From the IMG/VR virus record IMGVR_UViG_3300020450_001133: a stretch of DNA of 64,000 nucleotides, one strand, 5' to 3'. This document shows, piece after piece, positions 54,261 to 63,379 of this stretch. Numbering within the stretch: position 1 is the stretch's first letter; the number at the start of each line of letters is the position of its first letter. The DNA comes from a virus (lineage: Duplodnaviria > Caudoviricetes). The notes beneath the pieces are model-generated. The model made no database searches, was not told the origin of the DNA, and saw only the letters and a list, made by a program, of their open reading frames with translations. The position numbers were made by a program, and so were the translations under genes.

Positions 54261-54806
54261 TTAATCGTTTCTAATTAAGAAAGTATGATTGCTTAAAATA
54301 GCAACAACTGGATATACTTGACCCCAACTAGGTTGACTGATATTGTGATTATAATAATGTGTTGCACCACTTGTTGGATCTATAGTCACACCATACATTG
54401 CCAATAAAGAAACTTGAACACTTTGTTTCCAGGCTTCCATATTAGGACCAATTGGTTTTCCAGCATTAATCTTTTCATACACTATCTGAATATTATCTGA
54501 TTTGCCATCACAATACCAACTGAATTGACACATACCTATAATAGGTACTTCGTATCCTCTCCAATTAGTTCTATACTTTGCTTGTTTTGTAACACCACAG
54601 ATAGTGCTAGGATATTTTTTATGTGCAACTCTGTTAAGAGTAACATGAGCAACTGCTGATTTACCTGCTAGGTTTTCACCTTTTGCTTCGTGGTAAACAT
54701 TCTGTGCTAAACAAAATGCTTCTTCTCTATCAATAAGAACGTCAGTAGCATTGTAGGGTGCATAACTTAACATCATAGATGTTAATACTGCTAATAAAGT
54801 TTCCAT
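54261..54806 (-). CDS. SleB-like cell wall hydrolase (Hydrolase_2)
   Basis: CLAQNVYHEAKGE, VAHVTLNRV, CQFSWYCDG, GATHYY. Confidence 0.9.
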   Translation of the reverse strand: METLLAVLTSMMLSYAPYNATDVLIDREEAFCLAQNVYHEAKGENLAGKSAVAHVTLNRVAHKKYPSTICGVTKQAKYRTNWRGYEVPIIGMCQFSWYCDGKSDNIQIVYEKINAGKPIGPNMEAWKQSVQVSLLAMYGVTIDPTSGATHYYNHNISQPSWGQVYPVVAILSNHTFLIRND

Positions 54807-54831
54807 ACTCCCCTTCTCCCTTTATTTTTTG

Positions 54832-55212
54832 TTAGGCAACATTCCTTACAACATGAGCATCATGGTCATGTTCAATAAAACTACCATCTGGATTTCTACC
54901 AGGTGATGTTGAAGCATGGATAACATTATCAAATGTTCTAATGTCATATCCAGTTCTATGTAGTATGCTGTCAACAATTCTTTGTCTCATCAACTTCATG
55001 AAAGGAACATTAATATTTACAGGGTTATCTGAACCTTCTGGATGATTAACATTTTCTTCGTGATTATACCACATTGATTCTAAACCTGTAAGTTGAATCG
55101 TAACACCTGGTTCATCAGTATTGTCATTAGAACAACTAACTGTATTAATCCAGTATCCATTTACAGATGTAATTTTATCTTTGCTTTGGTTTGTTGTGTA
55201 AATACTATTCAA
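54832..55212 (-). CDS. Hypothetical protein
   Basis: 126 aa, TTG start with SD GGGAG. Confidence 0.6.
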   Translation of the reverse strand: MNSIYTTNQSKDKITSVNGYWINTVSCSNDNTDEPGVTIQLTGLESMWYNHEENVNHPEGSDNPVNINVPFMKLMRQRIVDSILHRTGYDIRTFDNVIHASTSPGRNPDGSFIEHDHDAHVVRNVA

Positions 55213-55245
55213 TTTTGCTCCCTTTCTTATTTAAAATATACATAT

Positions 55246-55274
55246 ATTATACTAAAATTAAGGTGGTATGTCAA
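55246..55274 (-). promoter_or_regulatory. sigma70 promoter
   Basis: TTGACA-17nt-TATAAT. Confidence 0.9.
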
Positions 55275-55313
55275 GTATTTTGTGCCAGTTTTTTTGGCGT
55301 ATTTTGAACTTAT

Positions 55314-55667
55314 TTAATCGATTTGTTTGGCTGGTATTCTACTCACTTTACTCCAATTTTCATCGTCAGTATAACTAGCCGCCTCTTCGTATGTGGGTAA
55401 TGGATCTTTTACTTTTGTGATTACGGGCCAAGTTTTGCTCATTTCTGTATTAAAATCTAGCCACTGTTGGTCTGATTCTGTTTCAAGTTTTCTATCTGAC
55501 ACAATGGCGTTGACTGGGCATTCAGGTTCACAGATAGCACAATCGATACAAACTTCAGGGTCTATAACTACTGTATTCTCTCCTTCATGAAAACAATCAA
55601 CAGGGCATACTTGAACGCAGGTTGTATGTTTACAATCTACGCATTCACCCTTTACAACATAAGTCAA
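55314..55667 (-). CDS. fdxA: 7Fe/8Fe ferredoxin (FdxA-like)
   Basis: CVDCKHTTCVQVCPVDCF and CIDCAICEPECPV; TTG start, SD GAGGAG, late promoter 55691-55696. Confidence 0.93.
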   Translation of the reverse strand: MTYVVKGECVDCKHTTCVQVCPVDCFHEGENTVVIDPEVCIDCAICEPECPVNAIVSDRKLETESDQQWLDFNTEMSKTWPVITKVKDPLPTYEEAASYTDDENWSKVSRIPAKQID

Positions 55668-55869
55668 ACTAAAACTCCTCTTAACACCAATATTTACTCA
55701 AAATACACCATTTCTACATACTTTTCCAGCAAATGGTTAAATATTAGCAACTGATTGGTATTGAACCAGTTGACAACATAAAGTATTTCACCGCTCATTA
55801 AGATGTGATAGATAGGAAAGGAACTCGGTGTTCCCCAATCAGTCAACACAAAAAGACTCCGGAGTCAAT

Positions 55870-56925
55870 TTATGTGTTTAGATATTGCAGGTATAGTTGT
55901 TCACTAGCAAGGTTTTTAGCCTTTGCTTCGCATTGAATGTCAAAATTATCAAAGAAACTCAGTGCCCATTCATTAACTTTTTCGTTAGGGTAAAAATCTG
56001 AGTGTGCTCTAAGTTTTTGTTTTTTGCAACCTAAATCCAGTAAGGTTGAAAAGTCATGCATTGTTGTATGTCTACTTCCTGATTCAAACAAGGATGGTTC
56101 AGGTAACCATTCATCCCTGCTATAACTATAATGTAGAGTAGGCCTAACACCACGCCAACTATCAATGACCCTTTTAACACGGTCGTCATCCGCTTGTATA
56201 TATTCTTCATCTCTAATCCAATGGTGATGTATGTCCAACACCAGTGCTAAATGTTTCTCCAATTTTAATGATTCATCAAGTCCGTGACACATTTCATCAT
56301 TCTCGATTGCAATAGTGTTACGAGCCTCGGGTGATAACTTAGGTAGTATATTTATAATACCTTCTGCTCCTTGGCGTCCAGATATGTGTATATTGAGTTT
56401 CATATCCATAAACTCTTGTCCATATCCCATCCAACGTGCCATGCTGGCATGATATTCGAATTCGTCTATACTACGTTCTACTACATCAGGCTTATCACTA
56501 GCAAGGACACAAAACTGCCCAGGATGAAAACTAATACGCACATCCAAATCTTTTGCAAGTTGTCCAACCTTGGCAAATCCATCTTCGAGTATTCGTTGAT
56601 TGTCAGCATCATCCCAAAGATAACGCCAAGTAGGCTCAGTAGCCATAGGTATTTGATTACTTCCAAGTCTTACCATCCTCCGTTCTGCTGGTAAAGTTGT
56701 ACCTACCCATTCAACAAGATTGTAGGCACTTTGCATATTGTGAGTGACCAAATCCAGCATTCTTTCTTCAGCCACATGTTTTTCCTGTCTGTTACACCAT
56801 GCAACTGTTGTAACTTTCTCAGTATAATTTTGTTGTATTTCTTTTAGTATCTTGGGTTTTTGACTCTGGTCAGGATCAAGATACTTACAACAAAAACCAA
56901 TTCTCTTTACAGTAGAATCAAACAT
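55870..56925 (-). CDS. uvdE: UV-damage endonuclease (UvdE/UVDE)
   Basis: IGFCCK, RLGS, SFHPGQF, IENDE, LDIHHH, RPTLHYS, AHSD, EAKAK. Confidence 0.92.
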   Translation of the reverse strand: MFDSTVKRIGFCCKYLDPDQSQKPKILKEIQQNYTEKVTTVAWCNRQEKHVAEERMLDLVTHNMQSAYNLVEWVGTTLPAERRMVRLGSNQIPMATEPTWRYLWDDADNQRILEDGFAKVGQLAKDLDVRISFHPGQFCVLASDKPDVVERSIDEFEYHASMARWMGYGQEFMDMKLNIHISGRQGAEGIINILPKLSPEARNTIAIENDEMCHGLDESLKLEKHLALVLDIHHHWIRDEEYIQADDDRVKRVIDSWRGVRPTLHYSYSRDEWLPEPSLFESGSRHTTMHDFSTLLDLGCKKQKLRAHSDFYPNEKVNEWALSFFDNFDIQCEAKAKNLASEQLYLQYLNT

Positions 56926-56931
56926 GCTGAT

Positions 56932-56960
56932 ATTATATTATATAAAGTAGTCAATGTCAA
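56932..56960 (-). promoter_or_regulatory. sigma70 promoter, leaderless
   Basis: TTGACA-17nt-TATAAT, 6 nt from ATG 56925. Confidence 0.9.
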
Positions 56961-57024
56961 CTGATTTCGATAAATATGTACAGTAGTAAACTACATATAA
57001 TCGATTATACAATGGAGTAACCAC

Positions 57025-57612
57025 ATGGCAGACGTAAACAATTTTGGTTTGAAGGGTATTGCAAATCTAGTGCAATTCGGCAAACGCGGATTAAAACTTC
57101 TCACAAACACCACAGATAATGAATTTACATTTACTGACAATGACGGTTCTACTCTTGTTGAAGTTAAGGGTGCAGATGCCACCCAGGCTACTGCATTTTT
57201 TACAAAAGGACAATTTGATAGTGCTACCCAAACAGTTGCACAATATGTTAGTACTGAAGTTCAATATAACTCAGGAACAACAACATTATTTGAGGCACCT
57301 GCAGATTCTATGATATTTAGTATCAGTGTAGATGTAGGAAGTCCTTGGGTAAGTGCTGACGATACCACAACTATAATAGTTGGAGATGATGGTGATACTG
57401 ATAGACACTTTGGTACAGGTGATGCTGATATGACGCAAACATTCCAATTTCAAAGCAGTCATCAACACATATATAGTTCAGCAACTAATGTAAAAGCCAC
57501 TGTTGCGGCAGGTAGTGCCTCCAGTGGAACAGCAGTTATTACAGCAATCGTACTTACTCAAGCAAGTGTTACAAGTAACATTACTAGAGATTACGGTTCA
57601 GTTGCTTCATAG
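57025..57612 (+). CDS. Virion structural protein, modular
   Basis: Late promoter 56971-56976, SD GGAG, own terminator; shares modules with genes at 8108 and 10735. Confidence 0.7.
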   Translation: MADVNNFGLKGIANLVQFGKRGLKLLTNTTDNEFTFTDNDGSTLVEVKGADATQATAFFTKGQFDSATQTVAQYVSTEVQYNSGTTTLFEAPADSMIFSISVDVGSPWVSADDTTTIIVGDDGDTDRHFGTGDADMTQTFQFQSSHQHIYSSATNVKATVAAGSASSGTAVITAIVLTQASVTSNITRDYGSVAS

Positions 57613-57632
57613 TAAGTAGAAACTAATTTAAG

Positions 57633-57659
57633 AGCACACCTTCGGGTGTGCTTTTTTTT
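57633..57659 (+). terminator. Rho-independent terminator with cUUCGg loop
   Basis: AGCACACC-TTCG-GGTGTGCT-TTTTTTT. Confidence 0.92.
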
Positions 57660-57693
57660 GGCAAAATTAGAGAAACTGATAAATACACACATA

Positions 57694-58170
57694 ATGTTTA
57701 AAAATTTATTTAAGGATACTAAATTGAATAGAGAAGCAGTATTTGAACAACTAAAAATTGATGAAGGAGTAGTAAATGAAATCTACCTTGACCACCTCGG
57801 CTATCCCACATTTGGAGTCGGTCACCTTATCCTCGAAAGTGACGAGGAACATGGACGGGAAGTTGGAACTCCAGTTACTGAAGAAAGAGTCAGGTCGTGT
57901 TTTGAAAGAGACCTTGACATTGCCATCGGAGAGTGTGAACTATTATACGAAGACGGGGTCTTTGGAAACTTACCAGACGAAGTCCAACAAATCCTGGTTA
58001 ATATGATGTTCAACATGGGGAGAACTAGATTAAGTAAATTTAAAAAAATGCATGCCGCAATACTAGAAGGCAACTGGAAAGAAGCCGCAGTAGAAGGCAG
58101 AGATAGTAGATGGCACAAACAAGTAACCAATCGTGCAGAAAGATTAATGAAAAGATTAGAGGAAGTGTAA
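57694..58170 (+). CDS. T4-type lysozyme (GH24) (start moved to ATG 57694)
   Basis: LKIDEG...YLDHLGYPTFGVGHL (Glu-Asp-Thr triad), NMMFNMG, SRWHKQV.NRA; TAAATA 57680-57685. Confidence 0.93.
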   Translation: MFKNLFKDTKLNREAVFEQLKIDEGVVNEIYLDHLGYPTFGVGHLILESDEEHGREVGTPVTEERVRSCFERDLDIAIGECELLYEDGVFGNLPDEVQQILVNMMFNMGRTRLSKFKKMHAAILEGNWKEAAVEGRDSRWHKQVTNRAERLMKRLEEV

Positions 58171-58541
58171 TGAAACTTAATGAAGTAATAGTTCAAGAGC
58201 AAACTGAAGAAGAAATAAAAGCAGAATTAAAAAGGCTTGAGCCTATTGCTGATAAGTTTGAATTTGCACAAAGTGAAGCAAGAGATATAACCAAAGCAAT
58301 CAAATATGAAAACACTACTATGGAAATAATGATTGGTCTCAGTGGTCTTGCTGACAAACTTGGAATAGATGAAAGAGAATTAGACTACTATGAAAGTAGA
58401 GTACGTGAAGCAAAAAATCAATTAGAGTCTGCAGTTTATGAGATGGAAGAATTATTTGCTGACAAGTATAGTGATGTAAGAAACAAAATTGATGAACTAG
58501 AAATGGATCTAGAAGATTTAGAATACGAGAGAAACAGATGA
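58170..58541 (+). CDS. Acidic coiled-coil protein, probable head/scaffold (start moved to ATG 58170)
   Basis: MKLNEVIVQE; TAATG coupling with lysozyme. Confidence 0.65.
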   Translation: MKLNEVIVQEQTEEEIKAELKRLEPIADKFEFAQSEARDITKAIKYENTTMEIMIGLSGLADKLGIDERELDYYESRVREAKNQLESAVYEMEELFADKYSDVRNKIDELEMDLEDLEYERNR

Positions 58542-59572
58542 AACTAAGTGACTTTAACGAATCATTCAAACACTATCAAGTAAAACACAAAAGAAGTGGT
58601 AAAGTCTATAAAGTGACTGCTATGCATGATAAGAGTGCAAAAGAAAAAGCCAGAGCACAACATGGTGGATCTGCATCACGATACACTGGGTCATCAATGG
58701 ATGATTTTGAAATTGTTGAAGGCATATTTACTAAACATAGTGATGATCCTATATCAGGTGGTGGACAATCAAGTCCAAGAAAACCAGTTCCTGTAGAAGG
58801 ACAAGTTATTACTTTAGATAATGAAAGATATAAAGTTATTAAAGTATCCAATGATAGAAAAACTTTTGATGTTGTAAATGTTAAAGATCCTAGTGAAAGT
58901 CATTTTGGAATTAAAGTTGACAAAAATCCGTTTTTCATAGAAGGCAGAAAGAAACAAGTTAAAGCAAATAGCAAAAAACCTAAATTAATAAAACCAAATA
59001 GAGGACATGAAAGTCCACATCCTTATCAAGGTAAACTAGTTGGTGAAGAAAAAAACAAAATGCCAAAGCAGTCTAATCCAGTTGCAAAACATTCAAGAAA
59101 TAAAAGTGGGGCAGGTGCTCACAAATCAATTAAAGACTACGATAGAAAAAAAGAAAAACAAGATTTAAAAAAGATGAACTTTGATGAAGCAGATTTTGTT
59201 GCATCAAAATCAGCAGTAATAGATTCTATTCTAAAAAAACTTAAAGATGAAGCACAAGAAGATGATAAATTGTTAAGACATTTAGCAAAACTTGTAAAGA
59301 AAGATGCTAAACCAAGATTTCATAACAAACCACAAGGGAGATTTACATTATCTCCTCTAGAAGAAGAAATGAAAAATGTTTGGGAAGTTCGTCAAATAAT
59401 GACAGAAGAAGAATTTGACGAAGCGGCAGGTAAGAAAGATGCCTGTTATCACAAAGTAAAATCCAGATATAAAGTTTGGCCCAGTGCTTACGCCAGTGGT
59501 GCATTAGTACAATGCAGAAAGAAAGGTGCGGCTAATTGGGGCAACTCTAAAAAGAAAAAGAAGAAAAAATAA
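58538..59572 (+). CDS. Mosaic basic/acidic protein, probable internal head polyprotein
   Basis: MKLSDFNE; modules separated by hydrophobic-x-E sites; ends with the CYHKVKSRYKVWPSAYASGALVQCRK module. Confidence 0.6.
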   Translation: MKLSDFNESFKHYQVKHKRSGKVYKVTAMHDKSAKEKARAQHGGSASRYTGSSMDDFEIVEGIFTKHSDDPISGGGQSSPRKPVPVEGQVITLDNERYKVIKVSNDRKTFDVVNVKDPSESHFGIKVDKNPFFIEGRKKQVKANSKKPKLIKPNRGHESPHPYQGKLVGEEKNKMPKQSNPVAKHSRNKSGAGAHKSIKDYDRKKEKQDLKKMNFDEADFVASKSAVIDSILKKLKDEAQEDDKLLRHLAKLVKKDAKPRFHNKPQGRFTLSPLEEEMKNVWEVRQIMTEEEFDEAAGKKDACYHKVKSRYKVWPSAYASGALVQCRKKGAANWGNSKKKKKKK

Positions 59573-60687
59573 TGCGTTTATTCGAAGTATATCAAGCAGA
59601 AGACAATGTCGTTAAAATGGCAGAGCCTGGCGCATATGATCCAAAGTTAAAGTTACCGCATGATGAAGTGGAAAGTGTCATTACTAGATGGATAAATCAA
59701 GATGACCACATTGAGTTAAGTAATGGTATGCATATTTTAAGTGGTGAGAATCACGGCTACAATGATAACGAAGCACTTGTTATAGACCAAGATTACAAAA
59801 TACTAGACCATGATTCAGACATAGTCGACTTAATGCAACAATTTACACCAATCGAAATAGACCAAAGCATTGTAGAAACAATAGTTGAAAAATGTTGGAA
59901 AGGATATCAAAAGAAAGGTATGAAAACAATGTTTGGCAAACGTGTACCCAACTGTGTCAAGAAAGAAGCAGTAGAAGAAGAAATAACATCAGGCGATAGA
60001 AATATTGCACTTATGTTGCCAAGAAACGAAATGAAAGTTCTTAAAGCAGAAGACAAAGATTACGACAGAGGACTACTAGTTAAATTGTTAGATGACGGTG
60101 GTTATGATATGGCATATTGGTATGAGAAACATGTACCATTTGAAGTAGAAGTATTAGTAGACGGTAAATCAATAAAGAAAGATGCTAAAGTTGTTACTAT
60201 GAAATTTCATCCTGAACTTGATGGCATGATGGACAAAGTTAATAAATTCAGAATGTATGACATAGAAGCAGACATGAAAGATTTAAGAGACAAAATTGAA
60301 ATGGCAAAACTAACTGAAACTTTAGAGTTTGGTCAAGATTTTAATGCTCTAATAAATGGCATTGAGGAAGGTCTAGCAGAAAGACAACTAGAATTAGAAA
60401 ATCTTCGTGCTTGGTTTGGCAAAGGCAAAAAAGGTGGTGCTGGTGGCGGAGGCTGGGACCGTTATAATACTAAAGGTGAAAGAATTGGTAAGTGTGGTGA
60501 CAGCAAAAAAGGTGAAGGTAAACCTAAATGTCTAAGCAAAAGCAGAGCCGCAAGTTTACGAGCCAAAGGTGGTAAAGCCGCCATTGGTGCCGCAGTTAGG
60601 AAGAAACGTAGAAATGATCCTAATAAAAACCGCAAAGGTAAGGCTAAAAACGTAAGTAACACTACAAAAAAATCTAAGAAGAAGTAA
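59572..60687 (+). CDS. Mosaic basic/acidic protein, probable internal head polyprotein
   Basis: MRLFEV; KCWKGYQKKGMKTMFGKRVPNCVK and LRAWF...KPKCL modules. Confidence 0.6.
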   Translation: MRLFEVYQAEDNVVKMAEPGAYDPKLKLPHDEVESVITRWINQDDHIELSNGMHILSGENHGYNDNEALVIDQDYKILDHDSDIVDLMQQFTPIEIDQSIVETIVEKCWKGYQKKGMKTMFGKRVPNCVKKEAVEEEITSGDRNIALMLPRNEMKVLKAEDKDYDRGLLVKLLDDGGYDMAYWYEKHVPFEVEVLVDGKSIKKDAKVVTMKFHPELDGMMDKVNKFRMYDIEADMKDLRDKIEMAKLTETLEFGQDFNALINGIEEGLAERQLELENLRAWFGKGKKGGAGGGGWDRYNTKGERIGKCGDSKKGEGKPKCLSKSRAASLRAKGGKAAIGAAVRKKRRNDPNKNRKGKAKNVSNTTKKSKKK

Positions 60688-60957
60688 ATGCATTGGCTAT
60701 TCATATTAACATTAAAAAGTATTCTTTCGAGTATTATCGGCAGTAGTTTTTATCAATGGTTTAAAAACACAAAGATGGGTGTATGGTTCCAAGTAAAAAT
60801 GGATAACTGTATGGAGTGGGTAGCAAAAAGATATGACATTGAAATTGCTAGTCGAGAGGAAAAATGGTTAGCACAATATCCATTACTTGCAAAAAGAATT
60901 GTCGATTTAGAAAAAGAAGTTGCAAAACTTAAGAAAGAAAGTAAACAGTTCAAATAA
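60688..60957 (+). CDS. Membrane-anchored coiled-coil protein
   Basis: N-terminal hydrophobic segment. Confidence 0.65.
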   Translation: MHWLFILTLKSILSSIIGSSFYQWFKNTKMGVWFQVKMDNCMEWVAKRYDIEIASREEKWLAQYPLLAKRIVDLEKEVAKLKKESKQFK

Positions 60958-61034
60958 TTCCTAATTAAAACTATTTTTAAATAAATACAAACATCAAAAC
61001 AACACTGATGTATGTGTTGTCACACCGAGGGGTA

Positions 61035-61193
61035 ATGGCTAGAGCGGCAAGAAAAGTATCGACAATAACACCTACAAGGAAAGCAAGTTCCATAGGAAAA
61101 GGTGGACGTGGTAGAAGAACAAAAATATCTACATCAACAATGAACAAGCACAAACGTCGTTCCCACAAGAGGTACAGAGGGCAAGGGAGATAG
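61035..61193 (+). CDS. Very basic small protein (start moved to ATG 61035)
   Basis: MARAARK...KHKRRSHKRYRGQGR; SD GAGGGG; late promoter 60982-60987. Confidence 0.7.
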   Translation: MARAARKVSTITPTRKASSIGKGGRGRRTKISTSTMNKHKRRSHKRYRGQGR

Positions 61194-61195
61194 TT

Positions 61196-61441
61196 ATGCC
61201 AGTTAAATTTGGACCATCAGTTAAAAAATATGCTAAGGGTAGCCGTACTAAATGGCATTGGGAACACGATTACATCAGAGCAAAATCCACAGAATTCTTA
61301 TTCGAATACGTCAACAAAGAAAAAGGTTCATACAAACCTAAAACAAGAGTAAAATGCATTAAAGAACTACAACGTAGAGGCATAAATCTTGTGTGGGTAG
61401 AACGTAAAGACCAAGAAGACGAACTACAAGAAAACAAATAA
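61196..61441 (+). CDS. Hypothetical basic protein
   Basis: 81 aa. Confidence 0.65.
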   Translation: MPVKFGPSVKKYAKGSRTKWHWEHDYIRAKSTEFLFEYVNKEKGSYKPKTRVKCIKELQRRGINLVWVERKDQEDELQENK

Positions 61442-61468
61442 ATCTGCTAAAAGTGATAAATAGTTTAT

Positions 61469-63379
61469 ATGAAACTATTCGATTTTACAGCAGATAAAAA
61501 CAAACTCTCATCACAAATCACAGAAAGCATTTCTGTAAACGAAGAAGAGTCTGTAAATGAATCACTCCAAGCATTAGCAAAACATGTTAAAGAAGGTACT
61601 GCACTATGTGATAGTCCTTTTAGACATGGCAGTAAAGCATACATCGAAACATTCCAACTAGCAAAAAAATTACGTGAAGCAGGATCTTTACCTGAACTTG
61701 ATTGGGAAAGTGAAGAAATGCTTGCCACAGACATAGGCGAACAAGTAACACTTAAAGGTGGTAAAAAAGTTTGGCTAGATATTCCTTACTTAAATGAAGA
61801 AGAAGATGAAGGAATGATTGGTGAACCAGATGATTACTATGATGCTGAAGAAAGAACTGAAGCATACGATGAATTACAAGATGCACTACAAGGCAATTAC
61901 ATGGACGACTATATCAAAGATGGTGTATGTCCAGCCTGTGGTGGAAATGGGTACATGGACGGTGAAGAAGAAATGTACAACGATGAAACAGATGAATACG
62001 AAGAAGGCTTAGAATGTGATGGCTTTGGAAAATATGGCTGTGACGAAGGTGAAATGACTTATGGTAGTGATGGTCCAAGTTGGGTAGAAATTATCAAACA
62101 TGATAAAGGTAATGCAGAAAGACAAAAATCCAGAGACGAATATCCAGGTGACGAAGAGGTAATTAAACAAGTTGCTAGTTATATGAAACGAATGGATGAT
62201 CCAAGACAAGCATATCAACAAATGCAGGCAGACTTCCCACACATGGGCAGAGGACAACGAAGTGAAATATTAGGTAAAGCATCTAAAATGGCATTTGGAG
62301 AAAATATAAACGAAGGCGAAGAAAGAAGTATTATACAAGATGCAGTAGTGGATCATTTAATAGATACATTTGGTGGTGAAAATTGGATGATATTTGCTGA
62401 TACTAGAGAACAACTAGAATCAAGAATGTATGATGAGATTGAAACATTAAGTGTCGATGAAGTAGTAGATCCAGAAATGGAAGTAGGTGGACAACCAATT
62501 GGTAACTTTGCTAGTGGTAGAGTACTAGATGTTATAGATAGCAGTAGTGCTATTGAAAGTGCGATGCAATATGTAGAAGGATTAGACGAAGGTATGATGG
62601 ATTTAGATGATTTACCAATGATTAAATCATACAACACACCAGAAGAAAATGCAGTAGGAAAAATACTTGGTAGAGCATTAATGAAAAAGGATTGGGCAAA
62701 ATATTCACCACAAGAATTATTTGCAGAATTAGAAAGTGAGAATCCAGAGTTAGCAGACGACATTGCCAAGGTTGCAAAAATTGTTTACAATGTAAAATTA
62801 GAAGAAAGAGCATTTAAAGATGTTGGTGTAGCAGATGTTGTAAAAGATACACGTGGTAAAGAATTCAAGTTTAATAAAGACAGCAAAATGTTCAAAGCAA
62901 TAGACGGCAGTGAAGAAGCAGACGTTAAAACTAAATTAGGTAAAGACTTGATGAGACGTAGACGTAATGCAATGAAAAGAACATCACCAAGTTATCCAAA
63001 GAACAAAAAAATGATGGACGGTAAAAGTCCACATAAAAAAGGTACAAAGAAATATAAAAAACACATGGCGGCTATACATGCCGGTGAAAGTGTTACCAAC
63101 GAAGCAGAATATCAAGGCAAAAAAGTAGAACTTAACAAACCAAAAAGAGGCGGTAGTAAAAAATATTATGTTTATGTAAAAAATCCTAAAACTGATAGAG
63201 TTAAAAAAATTAGTTTTGGAGATGTTACAGGACTTAAAACTAAGGCAGGTAATAAGAAAAGAGCAAAATCATTTGCCGCAAGACATAATTGCGAAAAGAA
63301 AAACGACAAAATGAAGGCAGGTTATTGGGCATGTCGTTTACCAAGATACGGTTTAGTTAAAGGTGGCAAGTGGTGGTAG
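61469..63379 (+). CDS. Large mosaic protein, probable internal head polyprotein
   Basis: MKLFDF; acidic blocks, CPACGGNG zinc-finger-like motif, basic C-terminal module ending SFAARHNC...AGYWAC; TAAATA 6 nt before the ATG. Confidence 0.65.
   Translation: MKLFDFTADKNKLSSQITESISVNEEESVNESLQALAKHVKEGTALCDSPFRHGSKAYIETFQLAKKLREAGSLPELDWESEEMLATDIGEQVTLKGGKKVWLDIPYLNEEEDEGMIGEPDDYYDAEERTEAYDELQDALQGNYMDDYIKDGVCPACGGNGYMDGEEEMYNDETDEYEEGLECDGFGKYGCDEGEMTYGSDGPSWVEIIKHDKGNAERQKSRDEYPGDEEVIKQVASYMKRMDDPRQAYQQMQADFPHMGRGQRSEILGKASKMAFGENINEGEERSIIQDAVVDHLIDTFGGENWMIFADTREQLESRMYDEIETLSVDEVVDPEMEVGGQPIGNFASGRVLDVIDSSSAIESAMQYVEGLDEGMMDLDDLPMIKSYNTPEENAVGKILGRALMKKDWAKYSPQELFAELESENPELADDIAKVAKIVYNVKLEERAFKDVGVADVVKDTRGKEFKFNKDSKMFKAIDGSEEADVKTKLGKDLMRRRRNAMKRTSPSYPKNKKMMDGKSPHKKGTKKYKKHMAAIHAGESVTNEAEYQGKKVELNKPKRGGSKKYYVYVKNPKTDRVKKISFGDVTGLKTKAGNKKRAKSFAARHNCEKKNDKMKAGYWACRLPRYGLVKGGKWW

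Noticed and set aside
55810-55840. Cobalamin riboswitch-like AAGGAACTCGGTG
   Set aside because: The remaining B12-box elements are absent, and no gene lies downstream on that strand.
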